Below, one piece after another: positions 8,878 through 16,557 of a stretch of 25,025 bases of DNA. The notes under the pieces were generated by a model, which made no database searches, had not been told where the DNA came from, and worked only from the letters and a program-made list of their open reading frames with translations. A program made the translations under genes and the position numbers. Numbering within the stretch: the stretch's first letter is position 1; each line of letters starts with the position of its first letter. This DNA comes from Myxococcota bacterium (lineage in GTDB: Bacteria > Myxococcota > SpSt-1050): contig JBMFOP010000049.1 of the NCBI GenBank assembly GCA_049969675.1, positions 1 through 25,025 on the forward strand, written 5' to 3'.

Positions 8878-10671
8878 ATGAAGAGAAATATTGAGGATAA
8901 GAAACCGGTCGTAATATCCAGTTATAGAGAGATGCCTCCGATGTCAGTATCTCTCGCCACAATGAGATGGAACCTTACAGGTTCCTGGAGATATCTAAAG
9001 CCATTTTATGTCCAGAAGGTCTCTCCCTGCCATGCCGGATGTCCGGGTGGACAGAATGTAGAGGGGTGGATAAGACTTATGGAGGAAGGACATTATGATG
9101 AGGCAATAAGACTCCTGCGGGAAGAGAATCCCTTTCCTGCAATTACTGGAAGGGTCTGCTTTCATCCCTGTGAGCTGAAATGTTCAAGGGCATATTTTGA
9201 TAAATCAGTCTCTATCAACAATCTGGAGAGATTTCTTGCAGATCATTCAAACCTGGAATATATGATTAAAAAAGATGAGATAGCAGAGTCCACCGGCAAG
9301 AAGGTTGCAATTGTCGGTAGCGGTCCTGCAGGGCTCTCCTGCGCGTATCACCTATTAAGGCTCGGATATGAAGTAGAGATATTTGAGGCAGAAAGAGAGC
9401 CCGGTGGTGTCTTAAGGATCGGTATTCCGGAATATAGACTCCCCAAAGACATCCTTGCAAGAGAGATAAAGATCCTGACCGGCTCCGGAGTGAAGATTCA
9501 TACAGGTAAGAGAGTAGGCAAAGATATAAGTTATGATTCTTTAAAAAATTACTTTGCGGTCTTTGTTGCAACAGGTGTTCATAAGAGTAAGAGCCTTGGA
9601 ATTGCTGGAGAAGATGCGGAAGGGGTTATGAGCGGGTTGTTATATCTTAAGAAGGTAAATCTCAAAGAGAAGGTCACAACCGGTAAGAAAGTTGTTGTAA
9701 TCGGTGGCGGAAATACTGCTATGGATTCGGCAAGGGTAGCAAAGCGAAATGGTGCGGATGTCACTATATTGTACAGAAGGACACGCGCAGAGATGCCTGC
9801 GTGGGAAGAAGAGATTGAAGAGGCATTAACAGAAGGGGTGGATCTTATGGAATTAAGCATCCCGAAGAAGGTTTTAATAAAGGATTCAAGGGTGGCTGGC
9901 ATACTTGTTCAGAAGGCAAGGCTCGGTGAGCCTGATGCCTCCGGGAGGAGGAGGCCCGAACCGATAGAGGGCTCTGAATATGAGATTGAGTGTGATATGA
10001 TTCTCTCTGCCATCGGTGAGGAGATAGATGAGTCTTCTCTCCCTGATATCAGGACATCAAAGGGGAATGTGGTAATCGGGAAGGACCTCTCCACTTCTAT
10101 AAAGAACTACTTTGCTGGGGGAGATATAATAGACCAGCCGCATACAGTAATTGACGCAATCGCAAGCGGAAAGAAGGCGGCGATAGCCATTGACTGTAGA
10201 TTCAGAAAACTTAATTTTGAGGATGTACTAAAGGAGATAGCTATAGGGGAGTGGGGCTCTATCTCTATGCAGATCTATAGAGAGAAGTTTGTATTCAATA
10301 CATATAGCACGCCTTCAGTCAGAGTCTCTACTGAGACCGTTGACCCTAAGAGCATAAATACCGCGTACTTTCAGCCATTTGATAGGTCAACGATGAACAA
10401 GATCCCGCTCTCAGAGAGGAAGGGCGGCTTTGCTGAGGTCAATACTGGACTTACACAACAACAGGCGATGCACGATATCTCTCGCTGTTTCCACTGCGGG
10501 AGATGCACTATGTGCGACAACTGTTACATATTCTGCCCGGATAATGCTATAAGCCACAACAGAAAAGGTTTTGGCTATATCATTGACTACGATTATTGTA
10601 AGGGTTGCGGGATATGTGTGACAGAGTGTCCGAGAAATGCAATGGGTATGGAGAAGGAGAGCAAGATATGA
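8878..10671 (+). CDS. GltD/SudA/NfnB-like FAD/NAD(P) Fe-S oxidoreductase fused within a PorD-type 2[4Fe-4S] delta subunit
   Basis: Likely ATG at 8878 (GAGGA upstream). PorD-like TGSWRYLKP at the N-terminus; PCxxxCP and GRVCFHPCE clusters; GSGPAG and GGGNTAMD dinucleotide motifs; C-terminal CTMCDNCYIFCP and DYDYCKGCGICVTECP. Confidence 0.9.
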   Translation: MKRNIEDKKPVVISSYREMPPMSVSLATMRWNLTGSWRYLKPFYVQKVSPCHAGCPGGQNVEGWIRLMEEGHYDEAIRLLREENPFPAITGRVCFHPCELKCSRAYFDKSVSINNLERFLADHSNLEYMIKKDEIAESTGKKVAIVGSGPAGLSCAYHLLRLGYEVEIFEAEREPGGVLRIGIPEYRLPKDILAREIKILTGSGVKIHTGKRVGKDISYDSLKNYFAVFVATGVHKSKSLGIAGEDAEGVMSGLLYLKKVNLKEKVTTGKKVVVIGGGNTAMDSARVAKRNGADVTILYRRTRAEMPAWEEEIEEALTEGVDLMELSIPKKVLIKDSRVAGILVQKARLGEPDASGRRRPEPIEGSEYEIECDMILSAIGEEIDESSLPDIRTSKGNVVIGKDLSTSIKNYFAGGDIIDQPHTVIDAIASGKKAAIAIDCRFRKLNFEDVLKEIAIGEWGSISMQIYREKFVFNTYSTPSVRVSTETVDPKSINTAYFQPFDRSTMNKIPLSERKGGFAEVNTGLTQQQAMHDISRCFHCGRCTMCDNCYIFCPDNAISHNRKGFGYIIDYDYCKGCGICVTECPRNAMGMEKESKI

Positions 10672-11822
10672 AGAAAGTTCTGATGGGAAATCACGCCGTA
10701 TCTTACGGAGTAATGTTATCAAGGGTAAAGGTAATTGCGGCGTATCCAATAACGCCACAGACACAGATAGTTGAAGAGCTGTCCGAACTCTGTGCGACAA
10801 AGAAGCTGGATGCCACATTTATAAAAGTTGAATCCGAACATTCAGCCCTTGCCTGTATCCTCGGCGCATCCCTTGCAGGGAGCAGGTCATTTACTGCTAC
10901 AAGCTCGCAGGGTCTTGCACTTATGCACGAACTCATTCACTGGGCGGGGCTCGGTAGATATCCCATAGTCCTTGCAAATGTCAACAGGGCGATGGGCCCG
11001 GGGTGGAATATCTGGTCCGACCAGAATGACTCCCTCTCTCAGAGAGATTGTGGATGGATTCAGCTCTACTGTGAGAACAATCAGGAAGTTCTGGACAATG
11101 TCATAATCGGTTACAGGATTTCAGAGAAGGTCCTGCTCCCCGTGATGCTGGTATATGATGCCTTCATACTCTCACATACATATGAAATAGTAGATATCCC
11201 TGAACAGGCACAGGTAGATAAGTTTCTGCCACCATTTAATAACAAATACAAACTTGATATAGAGAACCCTGCAAGCTTTGGGGGACTTACAAGTCCAGAG
11301 CATTATTATGAACTCAGATACAATATGCAGAAGGCTATGGAGGAGGCTGTATCAGTCTATAAAGAGGCACAGAAAGAGTTTAAGGAGATTTTCGGGCGGG
11401 ACTATCCAATGATTGAGGAATATCGCGCGGAGGATGCCCAATATCTATATATTACAAGCGGCTCACTCACATCTACAGCACGTATAGTCGTTGATGAGTT
11501 GAGGGATAGAGGATACAAAGTCGGGCTCTTAAAGATAAAGACCTTCAGACCTATGGATAAGACAGAGCTGATAAGATTACTTAAAGGCAGGGAGAAGGTC
11601 TTTATACTGGATAGAAATATATCGGTTGGTGTAGGTGGCATATTCGCACAGGAGATTAAGGCATATCTTTATGGTCAGAAATTTATGCCAGAGATATACC
11701 CATTTATCATAGGACTTGGTGGCAGAGATATCCCGCCCTCCTCAATTATGGAGGCATTCAACTATGCCGTGGTAGAGAATAAGGAGCCGGATGACATACT
11801 CTACATCGGTCTTAAGAAGTAG
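10668..11822 (+). CDS. porA: pyruvate/2-oxoacid:ferredoxin oxidoreductase alpha subunit
   Basis: ATG 10668 overlaps the upstream TGA (ATGA) with AAGGAG RBS. AAYPITPQT, VESEHSA, TATSSQGL, GLGGRDI. Confidence 0.95.
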   Translation: MKKVLMGNHAVSYGVMLSRVKVIAAYPITPQTQIVEELSELCATKKLDATFIKVESEHSALACILGASLAGSRSFTATSSQGLALMHELIHWAGLGRYPIVLANVNRAMGPGWNIWSDQNDSLSQRDCGWIQLYCENNQEVLDNVIIGYRISEKVLLPVMLVYDAFILSHTYEIVDIPEQAQVDKFLPPFNNKYKLDIENPASFGGLTSPEHYYELRYNMQKAMEEAVSVYKEAQKEFKEIFGRDYPMIEEYRAEDAQYLYITSGSLTSTARIVVDELRDRGYKVGLLKIKTFRPMDKTELIRLLKGREKVFILDRNISVGVGGIFAQEIKAYLYGQKFMPEIYPFIIGLGGRDIPPSSIMEAFNYAVVENKEPDDILYIGLKK

Positions 11823-11926
11823 GGCTTAAGGTCACTTCATTTAGTTTGCCCCTATATTTTGCCTACCATTTCTCGGTTCATAATTTCTTACCTGTAAGGT
11901 TGTATTAAATCGCTACTCTTAAAATC

Positions 11927-11942
11927 TGGCACAATATTTGCA
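11927..11942 (+). promoter_or_regulatory. sigma-54 (RpoN) -24/-12 promoter of the T3SS-like operon
   Basis: TGGCAC-AATAT-TTGCA matches the TGGCAC-N5-TTGCW consensus, with GG and GC correctly spaced; located just upstream of the AGGAGG RBS and ATG 11971. Confidence 0.85.
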
Positions 11943-11970
11943 ACAAAAGATGAGTGTTGAAGGAGGATAT

Positions 11971-12453
11971 ATGAGTGAAGTAACACCAACAGTTATGTCT
12001 GGAATTGATTCCAGAGAGAGCACCACAAGACAGGTGCCAAAACAGGATTTTTCTAAGGTCCTGAAGGAGAGTCTGGCCACCACGACAAGAGTTATTGTAA
12101 ATGGGGTCGCAGTAATCTCTCCGGAGCTGGATGTCTCAAAGACACTGGTCTCCACAATGAGCAGGTCACTTGCAGAGAAGTCCGCAGAGGTAGAGAATAA
12201 AGAGGCGATTATAAACGAGGGAGGTACTTCAATCAATAATAACTCATCTACATCCATTCCCTCACAGAACTCTTCGGCAAACGACCTCTTAAGTGCCACA
12301 AAGGCCCTTCAGGAGGCAAACTGGCAGTTCTCTCTTGAATATCTGAACTTGCAGGAGAAGGTCTCAAGTGAAAACCGTTACTTCTCAACAGTCTCCAACA
12401 TTATGAGGACGAGACATGACTCTGCAAAGAATGCTATAAACAACCTGAGGTAG
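11971..12453 (+). CDS. T3SS needle/filament (SctF-like) protein with N-terminal extension
   Basis: ATG 11971 preceded by AGGAGGA. C-terminal LQEKVSSENRYFSTVSNIMRTRHDSAKNAINNLR aligns without gaps to the needle C-terminal helix of PrgI as recalled. First gene before the sctI/sctJ-like genes. Confidence 0.6.
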   Translation: MSEVTPTVMSGIDSRESTTRQVPKQDFSKVLKESLATTTRVIVNGVAVISPELDVSKTLVSTMSRSLAEKSAEVENKEAIINEGGTSINNNSSTSIPSQNSSANDLLSATKALQEANWQFSLEYLNLQEKVSSENRYFSTVSNIMRTRHDSAKNAINNLR

Positions 12454-12456
12454 CAT

Positions 12457-12750
12457 ATGTCGGCGATAACTTCAGTAACGATGAGTTCGATTCAATCCGT
12501 ATCGGGGGCACAGACAAAACAGAATATGTTCAGCAATTCATTTAAGGATGCCCTCGCAAATATTGATAAAAATTATAGCAATATTGAACAACAGGTAAAT
12601 ATGGCAGCACGAAATGATAGACTTTCTCCAACACAATTACTGGCGATTCAGTCCGGGGTCTTGAGATCCTCACTTGAACTGGACATTACAAGCAAGGTGA
12701 TAGAAAAGGTCTCAAGCGGCGTCAGACAGACAATGAACAATCAGGTGTGA
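12457..12750 (+). CDS. sctI: T3SS inner rod protein (SctI/YscI/HrpB2-like)
   Basis: 97 aa with SPTQLLAIQ..ELDITSKVIEKVSSGVRQTMNNQ, the typical inner rod C-terminus; directly upstream of sctJ. Confidence 0.75.
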   Translation: MSAITSVTMSSIQSVSGAQTKQNMFSNSFKDALANIDKNYSNIEQQVNMAARNDRLSPTQLLAIQSGVLRSSLELDITSKVIEKVSSGVRQTMNNQV

Positions 12751-12752
12751 TT

Positions 12753-13514
12753 ATGAAAAGAAATATTTTGTTTATTCTTTTATTACTCCTCATAACCTCC
12801 TGCAAGAAAGAGATTCTCCATTCAATCTCAGAAGAACAGGCAAATGACATCATCTCTGTTTTATCGGAGTACGGGATAGATGCAAAGAAGGTCTCTGATG
12901 GGAAGGGAGAAGGCACAACTTTTAATATCGTGGTTGATGAGAATGACTATGGAAGAAGCTGGAGTATATTAAAGGAGAATGGACTTCCTCGTGAGAAGAC
13001 AAAGGGACTTTCAGATGTCTATCAGAGGCAGGGGTTGATCTCCTCCTCAACCGAAGAGAAGGCATTGCTTGTTCAGGCGATCAAGGGTGAGATAGAACGT
13101 ACTCTTGAGACCATTGATAGTGTTATAAGGGCAAGGGTAATAATCTCTGTCCCATTTCCTTCTCAAAACCCCTTTGATGAATCAAAGGACCTTCCAAAGG
13201 CATCGGTCCTGTTAAAGGTTAAGAAAAATTCATATATCAATAAAGAGATGATAAAGGGTATTTTAATTGGTGCAGTTTCATCGCTTGAGAAGGATAATAT
13301 AAATGTGGAGATTGTGGAATCCTATGGGAATAATATCTCTCAATCACCGGCAATGACATACATAGGGCCATTTCTGGTCTTAAAATCCTCCGCGAGAATC
13401 TTCTACACATTTATAATCTCAACACTCTCCATACTGGCAGTTGTAGTTGTGCTGATATTTTTATTCTACTATAGAAAACGGGTTCAGGCTCCGGCAGAGG
13501 TAGAAGAATGTTAG
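12753..13514 (+). CDS. sctJ: T3SS inner-membrane ring lipoprotein SctJ (YscJ/PrgK family)
   Basis: Lipobox LLITSC, SEEQANDIISVL, NGLP, EIERTLETIDSVIRARV, PKASVLL, C-terminal TM helix with RKR stop-transfer. Alternative GTG start at 12747. Confidence 0.92.
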   Translation: MKRNILFILLLLLITSCKKEILHSISEEQANDIISVLSEYGIDAKKVSDGKGEGTTFNIVVDENDYGRSWSILKENGLPREKTKGLSDVYQRQGLISSSTEEKALLVQAIKGEIERTLETIDSVIRARVIISVPFPSQNPFDESKDLPKASVLLKVKKNSYINKEMIKGILIGAVSSLEKDNINVEIVESYGNNISQSPAMTYIGPFLVLKSSARIFYTFIISTLSILAVVVVLIFLFYYRKRVQAPAEVEEC

Positions 13515-13720
13515 TCAATGAAAAAGTTGCAAAGGCGATCAGTCTTATGTATGCTGCTGGCATTTTTAAAGAGAAAAATATTAGATATATTTCCGGGGAT
13601 ATTAAAGAGAAGATTATTATTCTTAAGAGTTCATTTGAAAAGGCTAAGATGATGAAAGAGATAACAGATTCATTCGTGGAGATGTATATATGGAAGGACA
13701 GAAGATTTCTGAGGGATTAA
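13508..13720 (+). CDS. small hypothetical protein at the SctK position
   Basis: 70-aa ORF overlapping the sctJ stop and sctL start; supported by position only. Confidence 0.5.
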   Translation: MLVNEKVAKAISLMYAAGIFKEKNIRYISGDIKEKIIILKSSFEKAKMMKEITDSFVEMYIWKDRRFLRD

Positions 13721-14286
13721 TAAATACAGTATCCGGAATAAGGCGATATGCAAGAACTATGGAATATCTGCCTGAGGATATAAATATACGGATTAGGTCT
13801 ATTGAGGAGCTGTGTAATAGCGTGGAGGGTATCATTGAAGATATGATAAAGAAAAGAGAAGAGGAGCTCAAAAGTGGTTATAGAGATGGTTTTGAGGCGG
13901 GGAAGAGAGAGGCCTTAAATCAATTTCAGTCAGTTATTCTGGAACTCAACAAGAGAGTTCAGCAGATTAAAGAGATGGAGATTGAACAGATAAAGTCCTA
14001 TTTTAAGAAATTTGTATCGGCTCTTGTAAGGATTATTTCACAGGAGGATATCACCTTTTTGCAGAGATATCTTCAGGAACTGATAAGTAGAATAGATGGT
14101 GAGAAAATAAAGTTAATTGTTTCAGGCAGGATATATCCTGATCTGAACAAGGGGATCTTGTTGCCAGATAAGGTGGAGCTGGTATCAGATGAAAATCTGA
14201 GTCCTGAGCAGATATTCTTGGAGCGCGACGGCACACTGGTAGATATTACTCTTGATAGCTTCTTTGAGGAGATAAAAATTGATTGA
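13690..14286 (+). CDS. sctL: T3SS/flagellar ATPase stator (SctL/FliH family)
   Basis: GxxxG repeats (GYRDGFEAG), coiled-coil body, C-terminal LVSDENLSP..GTLVD; between sctJ and the ATPase; GGAG RBS. Confidence 0.75.
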   Translation: MEGQKISEGLINTVSGIRRYARTMEYLPEDINIRIRSIEELCNSVEGIIEDMIKKREEELKSGYRDGFEAGKREALNQFQSVILELNKRVQQIKEMEIEQIKSYFKKFVSALVRIISQEDITFLQRYLQELISRIDGEKIKLIVSGRIYPDLNKGILLPDKVELVSDENLSPEQIFLERDGTLVDITLDSFFEEIKID

Positions 14287-15550
14287 GAATATAGTGGAAC
14301 TTCAAAAGTGTGCTGGAAGAATTTTGAGTATAAAGGGATATACTATCCTCTCTGATGTCCAGAATGTGAGAATTGGAGATATGGTGGAGATACTGCATAA
14401 GGACGGATTGAGAACAGGTGAGGTAATAGGATTTGATGAGAACAAATCTATAATAATGATGCATCAGGAGACAACAGGCATTCAACAGGGGTCAATATTA
14501 AGAGTAAAGAGCAATTCGCAGAAAATATTGGTTGGTGATGGTATTGTGGGAAAGGTGCTGGATGGGACTGGCTCAGTCATAATGGGTGGGAGTTTTTGTG
14601 GAGAGCCGTTTGATATAATGAATCTACCGCCAGAACCATTGAAAAGGAAGAGGGTCGAGAAGATATTTGAGACCGGAATTAAGACGATAGATGGACTCCT
14701 TACTCTTGGGAAGGGACAGAGGGTGGGGCTCTTTGCTGGTTCTGGTGTGGGGAAGAGTACACTTATGGGAAATATTACACGCTTTTCCAGAGCAGATGTA
14801 ATTGTTGTAAATCTTATCGGCGAGCGCGGAAGAGAGGTGAGAGAATTTATTGAGGATGTGCTGGGCGATGAGGGTCTCAAGAGGGCGGTGCTTGTTGTAT
14901 CTACAGGTGACCAGTCTCCACTCCTGAGGGTCAGGTCTGCATATGTTGCGACTGCCATTGCAGAGTATTTTAGAGAGCAGGGAAAGGATGTATTGCTCCT
15001 GATGGATTCTCTCACAAGATTTGCTCGCGCACAGAGAGAGATTGGACTATCAAATGGCGAACTTCCGGTTAGAAATGGCTATCCACCATCTGTATTCCTA
15101 AGACTTGCACAGCTTCTGGAGAGGAGCGGTACATCTGAAAAGGGGAGCATCACGGCAATATATACCGTCCTTGTTCAGGGAGATGATATGCAGGAGATTA
15201 TTGCAGACGAGGTAAGAGGGATTCTGGATGGACATATCGTCCTGAGAAGGGAGATAGCGGCTTCTGGAATATATCCGGCAATTGATGTCTTACACTCAAT
15301 ATCAAGACTTATGAATAATATTGTCTCAAATGAGCAGAGGATTCTGGCACAGAGAGTAAAGGAGTTGATGGCTATTTATGAAAAGAATAAGGAGATAATC
15401 TCTCTTGGGATGTATGTAAAAGGGACAAATAAGAGGCTTGATGAGGCGGTTGACAGGATAGAGAAGATTTATTCATTTTTGAAACAGGGGAGGAATCCGT
15501 CTGGTTTTGAGGAGACACTTAATCAGATGAAGGAGATTGTTTCAGATTGA
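14279..15550 (+). CDS. sctN: type III secretion ATPase (SctN/FliI family)
   Basis: GQRVGLFAGSGVGKS (Walker A), LIGERGREV, LLMDSLTRFARAQREIGL, GYPPS, LDGHIVL, YPAIDVLHSISR. TTG start after GAGGAG. Confidence 0.95.
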   Translation: MIENIVELQKCAGRILSIKGYTILSDVQNVRIGDMVEILHKDGLRTGEVIGFDENKSIIMMHQETTGIQQGSILRVKSNSQKILVGDGIVGKVLDGTGSVIMGGSFCGEPFDIMNLPPEPLKRKRVEKIFETGIKTIDGLLTLGKGQRVGLFAGSGVGKSTLMGNITRFSRADVIVVNLIGERGREVREFIEDVLGDEGLKRAVLVVSTGDQSPLLRVRSAYVATAIAEYFREQGKDVLLLMDSLTRFARAQREIGLSNGELPVRNGYPPSVFLRLAQLLERSGTSEKGSITAIYTVLVQGDDMQEIIADEVRGILDGHIVLRREIAASGIYPAIDVLHSISRLMNNIVSNEQRILAQRVKELMAIYEKNKEIISLGMYVKGTNKRLDEAVDRIEKIYSFLKQGRNPSGFEETLNQMKEIVSD

Positions 15551-15691
15551 TTTTGTAGAAAATGAGAGTCTCCGGTTGCTGATATACTCTCAAATGCCTG
15601 TATGTTTCATTTTGCAATAACTCAACATTTAATAACCATCAATTTCTGGGGTACCGTAAGACCTTTATAACACAACTTTTATTTATCTAAA

Positions 15692-16069
15692 TTAAAGTTC
15701 TTCAACTTCCCAATTCTCATTTATGTAGACACCAATTATCTCAATTTCAGATAGATATCTTCTGGCGATTTCCATACTCTTTTTGATAAGTTCAATATGT
15801 TTATCCCTGCTCACCGGATTGCCGGCGCAATCGTGATGTCCGACGATAATGAGTCTATTTGAGCCGTGTTTTTCTGTGGAGATTTGAATCTTCTTTAAGG
15901 TGTAGTTGAGAAAATTCTTATCCTCTGTAAGCAGTACAAGGTCTGGACCGGGCTCATTTATCATATCTATAAAGTCTACACCGAATCTCTTCTTTGCCCA
16001 TCTGATTACTGGCTCCTGAGTGCGCCCATCCATACAGTTGATCGCGGTAACAAATTTGCCGTGACTCAT
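15692..16069 (-). CDS. small beta-class-like carbonic anhydrase
   Basis: INCMDGR (CxDxR) and GHHDCAGN (HxxC) zinc ligands; ATGA overlap with the upstream peptidase. Confidence 0.8.
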   Translation of the reverse strand: MSHGKFVTAINCMDGRTQEPVIRWAKKRFGVDFIDMINEPGPDLVLLTEDKNFLNYTLKKIQISTEKHGSNRLIIVGHHDCAGNPVSRDKHIELIKKSMEIARRYLSEIEIIGVYINENWEVEEL

Positions 16070-16557
16070 AACTGGCTCCTTTTTATGATGTTGATTAAGT
16101 CTTTATGTGTAATGTTGAGTCCAAAACGGGAGTTGAAATCTCTGGCTCTGTTTAAGATAAATCTGATAAGAGAGATAATAACTGGATGAAAGTTCGGGGC
16201 AGGAAATTCAAGATCTCCTCTAATTATTTTTTCTACCCTTCCGCCTATCTCCTCCTCCCATACCGGTGCATCGGAGTAATTTAGATTGTCTCCCTGAAAT
16301 ATAAAGAGTCTTCTACCCTTATCTGTCTTATATATTTTAATTATTCTGTGTACAATCATAATGTTCTTTCTGATATACATAGCAATATCACCAACACGAA
16401 GTCTGTTCGGGTTAACCTTCTCTATTATTGCCTCATCTCCGTCAAGGAGCAGGGGGAACATAGAGATACCTTTTACAATAAATCTAAATCTCCCATATTT
16501 TTTTATTGCTTCTCTGATACTCCTGATTGTTGCCCTGTTAATTTTATCAGTTTTCAT
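16066..16557 (-). CDS. S24/S26-family peptidase (Ser-His type, no N-terminal membrane anchor)
   Basis: GISMFPLL..GD, VGDI, IVHR, QGDN..D boxes. Likely start is ATG 16557, overlapping the radical SAM stop, not 16650. Confidence 0.8.
   Translation of the reverse strand: MKTDKINRATIRSIREAIKKYGRFRFIVKGISMFPLLLDGDEAIIEKVNPNRLRVGDIAMYIRKNIMIVHRIIKIYKTDKGRRLFIFQGDNLNYSDAPVWEEEIGGRVEKIIRGDLEFPAPNFHPVIISLIRFILNRARDFNSRFGLNITHKDLINIIKRSQL

Noticed and set aside
14482..15015. 177-aa antisense ORF, and the other antisense or nested ORFs in the track
   Set aside because: Shadows of well-supported genes on the opposite strand or in another frame; no motifs of their own.
12753..15550. Flagellar fliF-fliG-fliH-fliI operon
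   Set aside because: The ring protein is a roughly 255-aa lipoprotein (SctJ-type), there is no FliG-sized gene, and the upstream genes resemble SctI and SctF.
15551..15691. RiPP precursor or terminator between sctN and the carbonic anhydrase
   Set aside because: No credible ORF with an RBS; only a weak 7-bp inverted repeat (TGAGAGT/ACTCTCA) without a U-tract.
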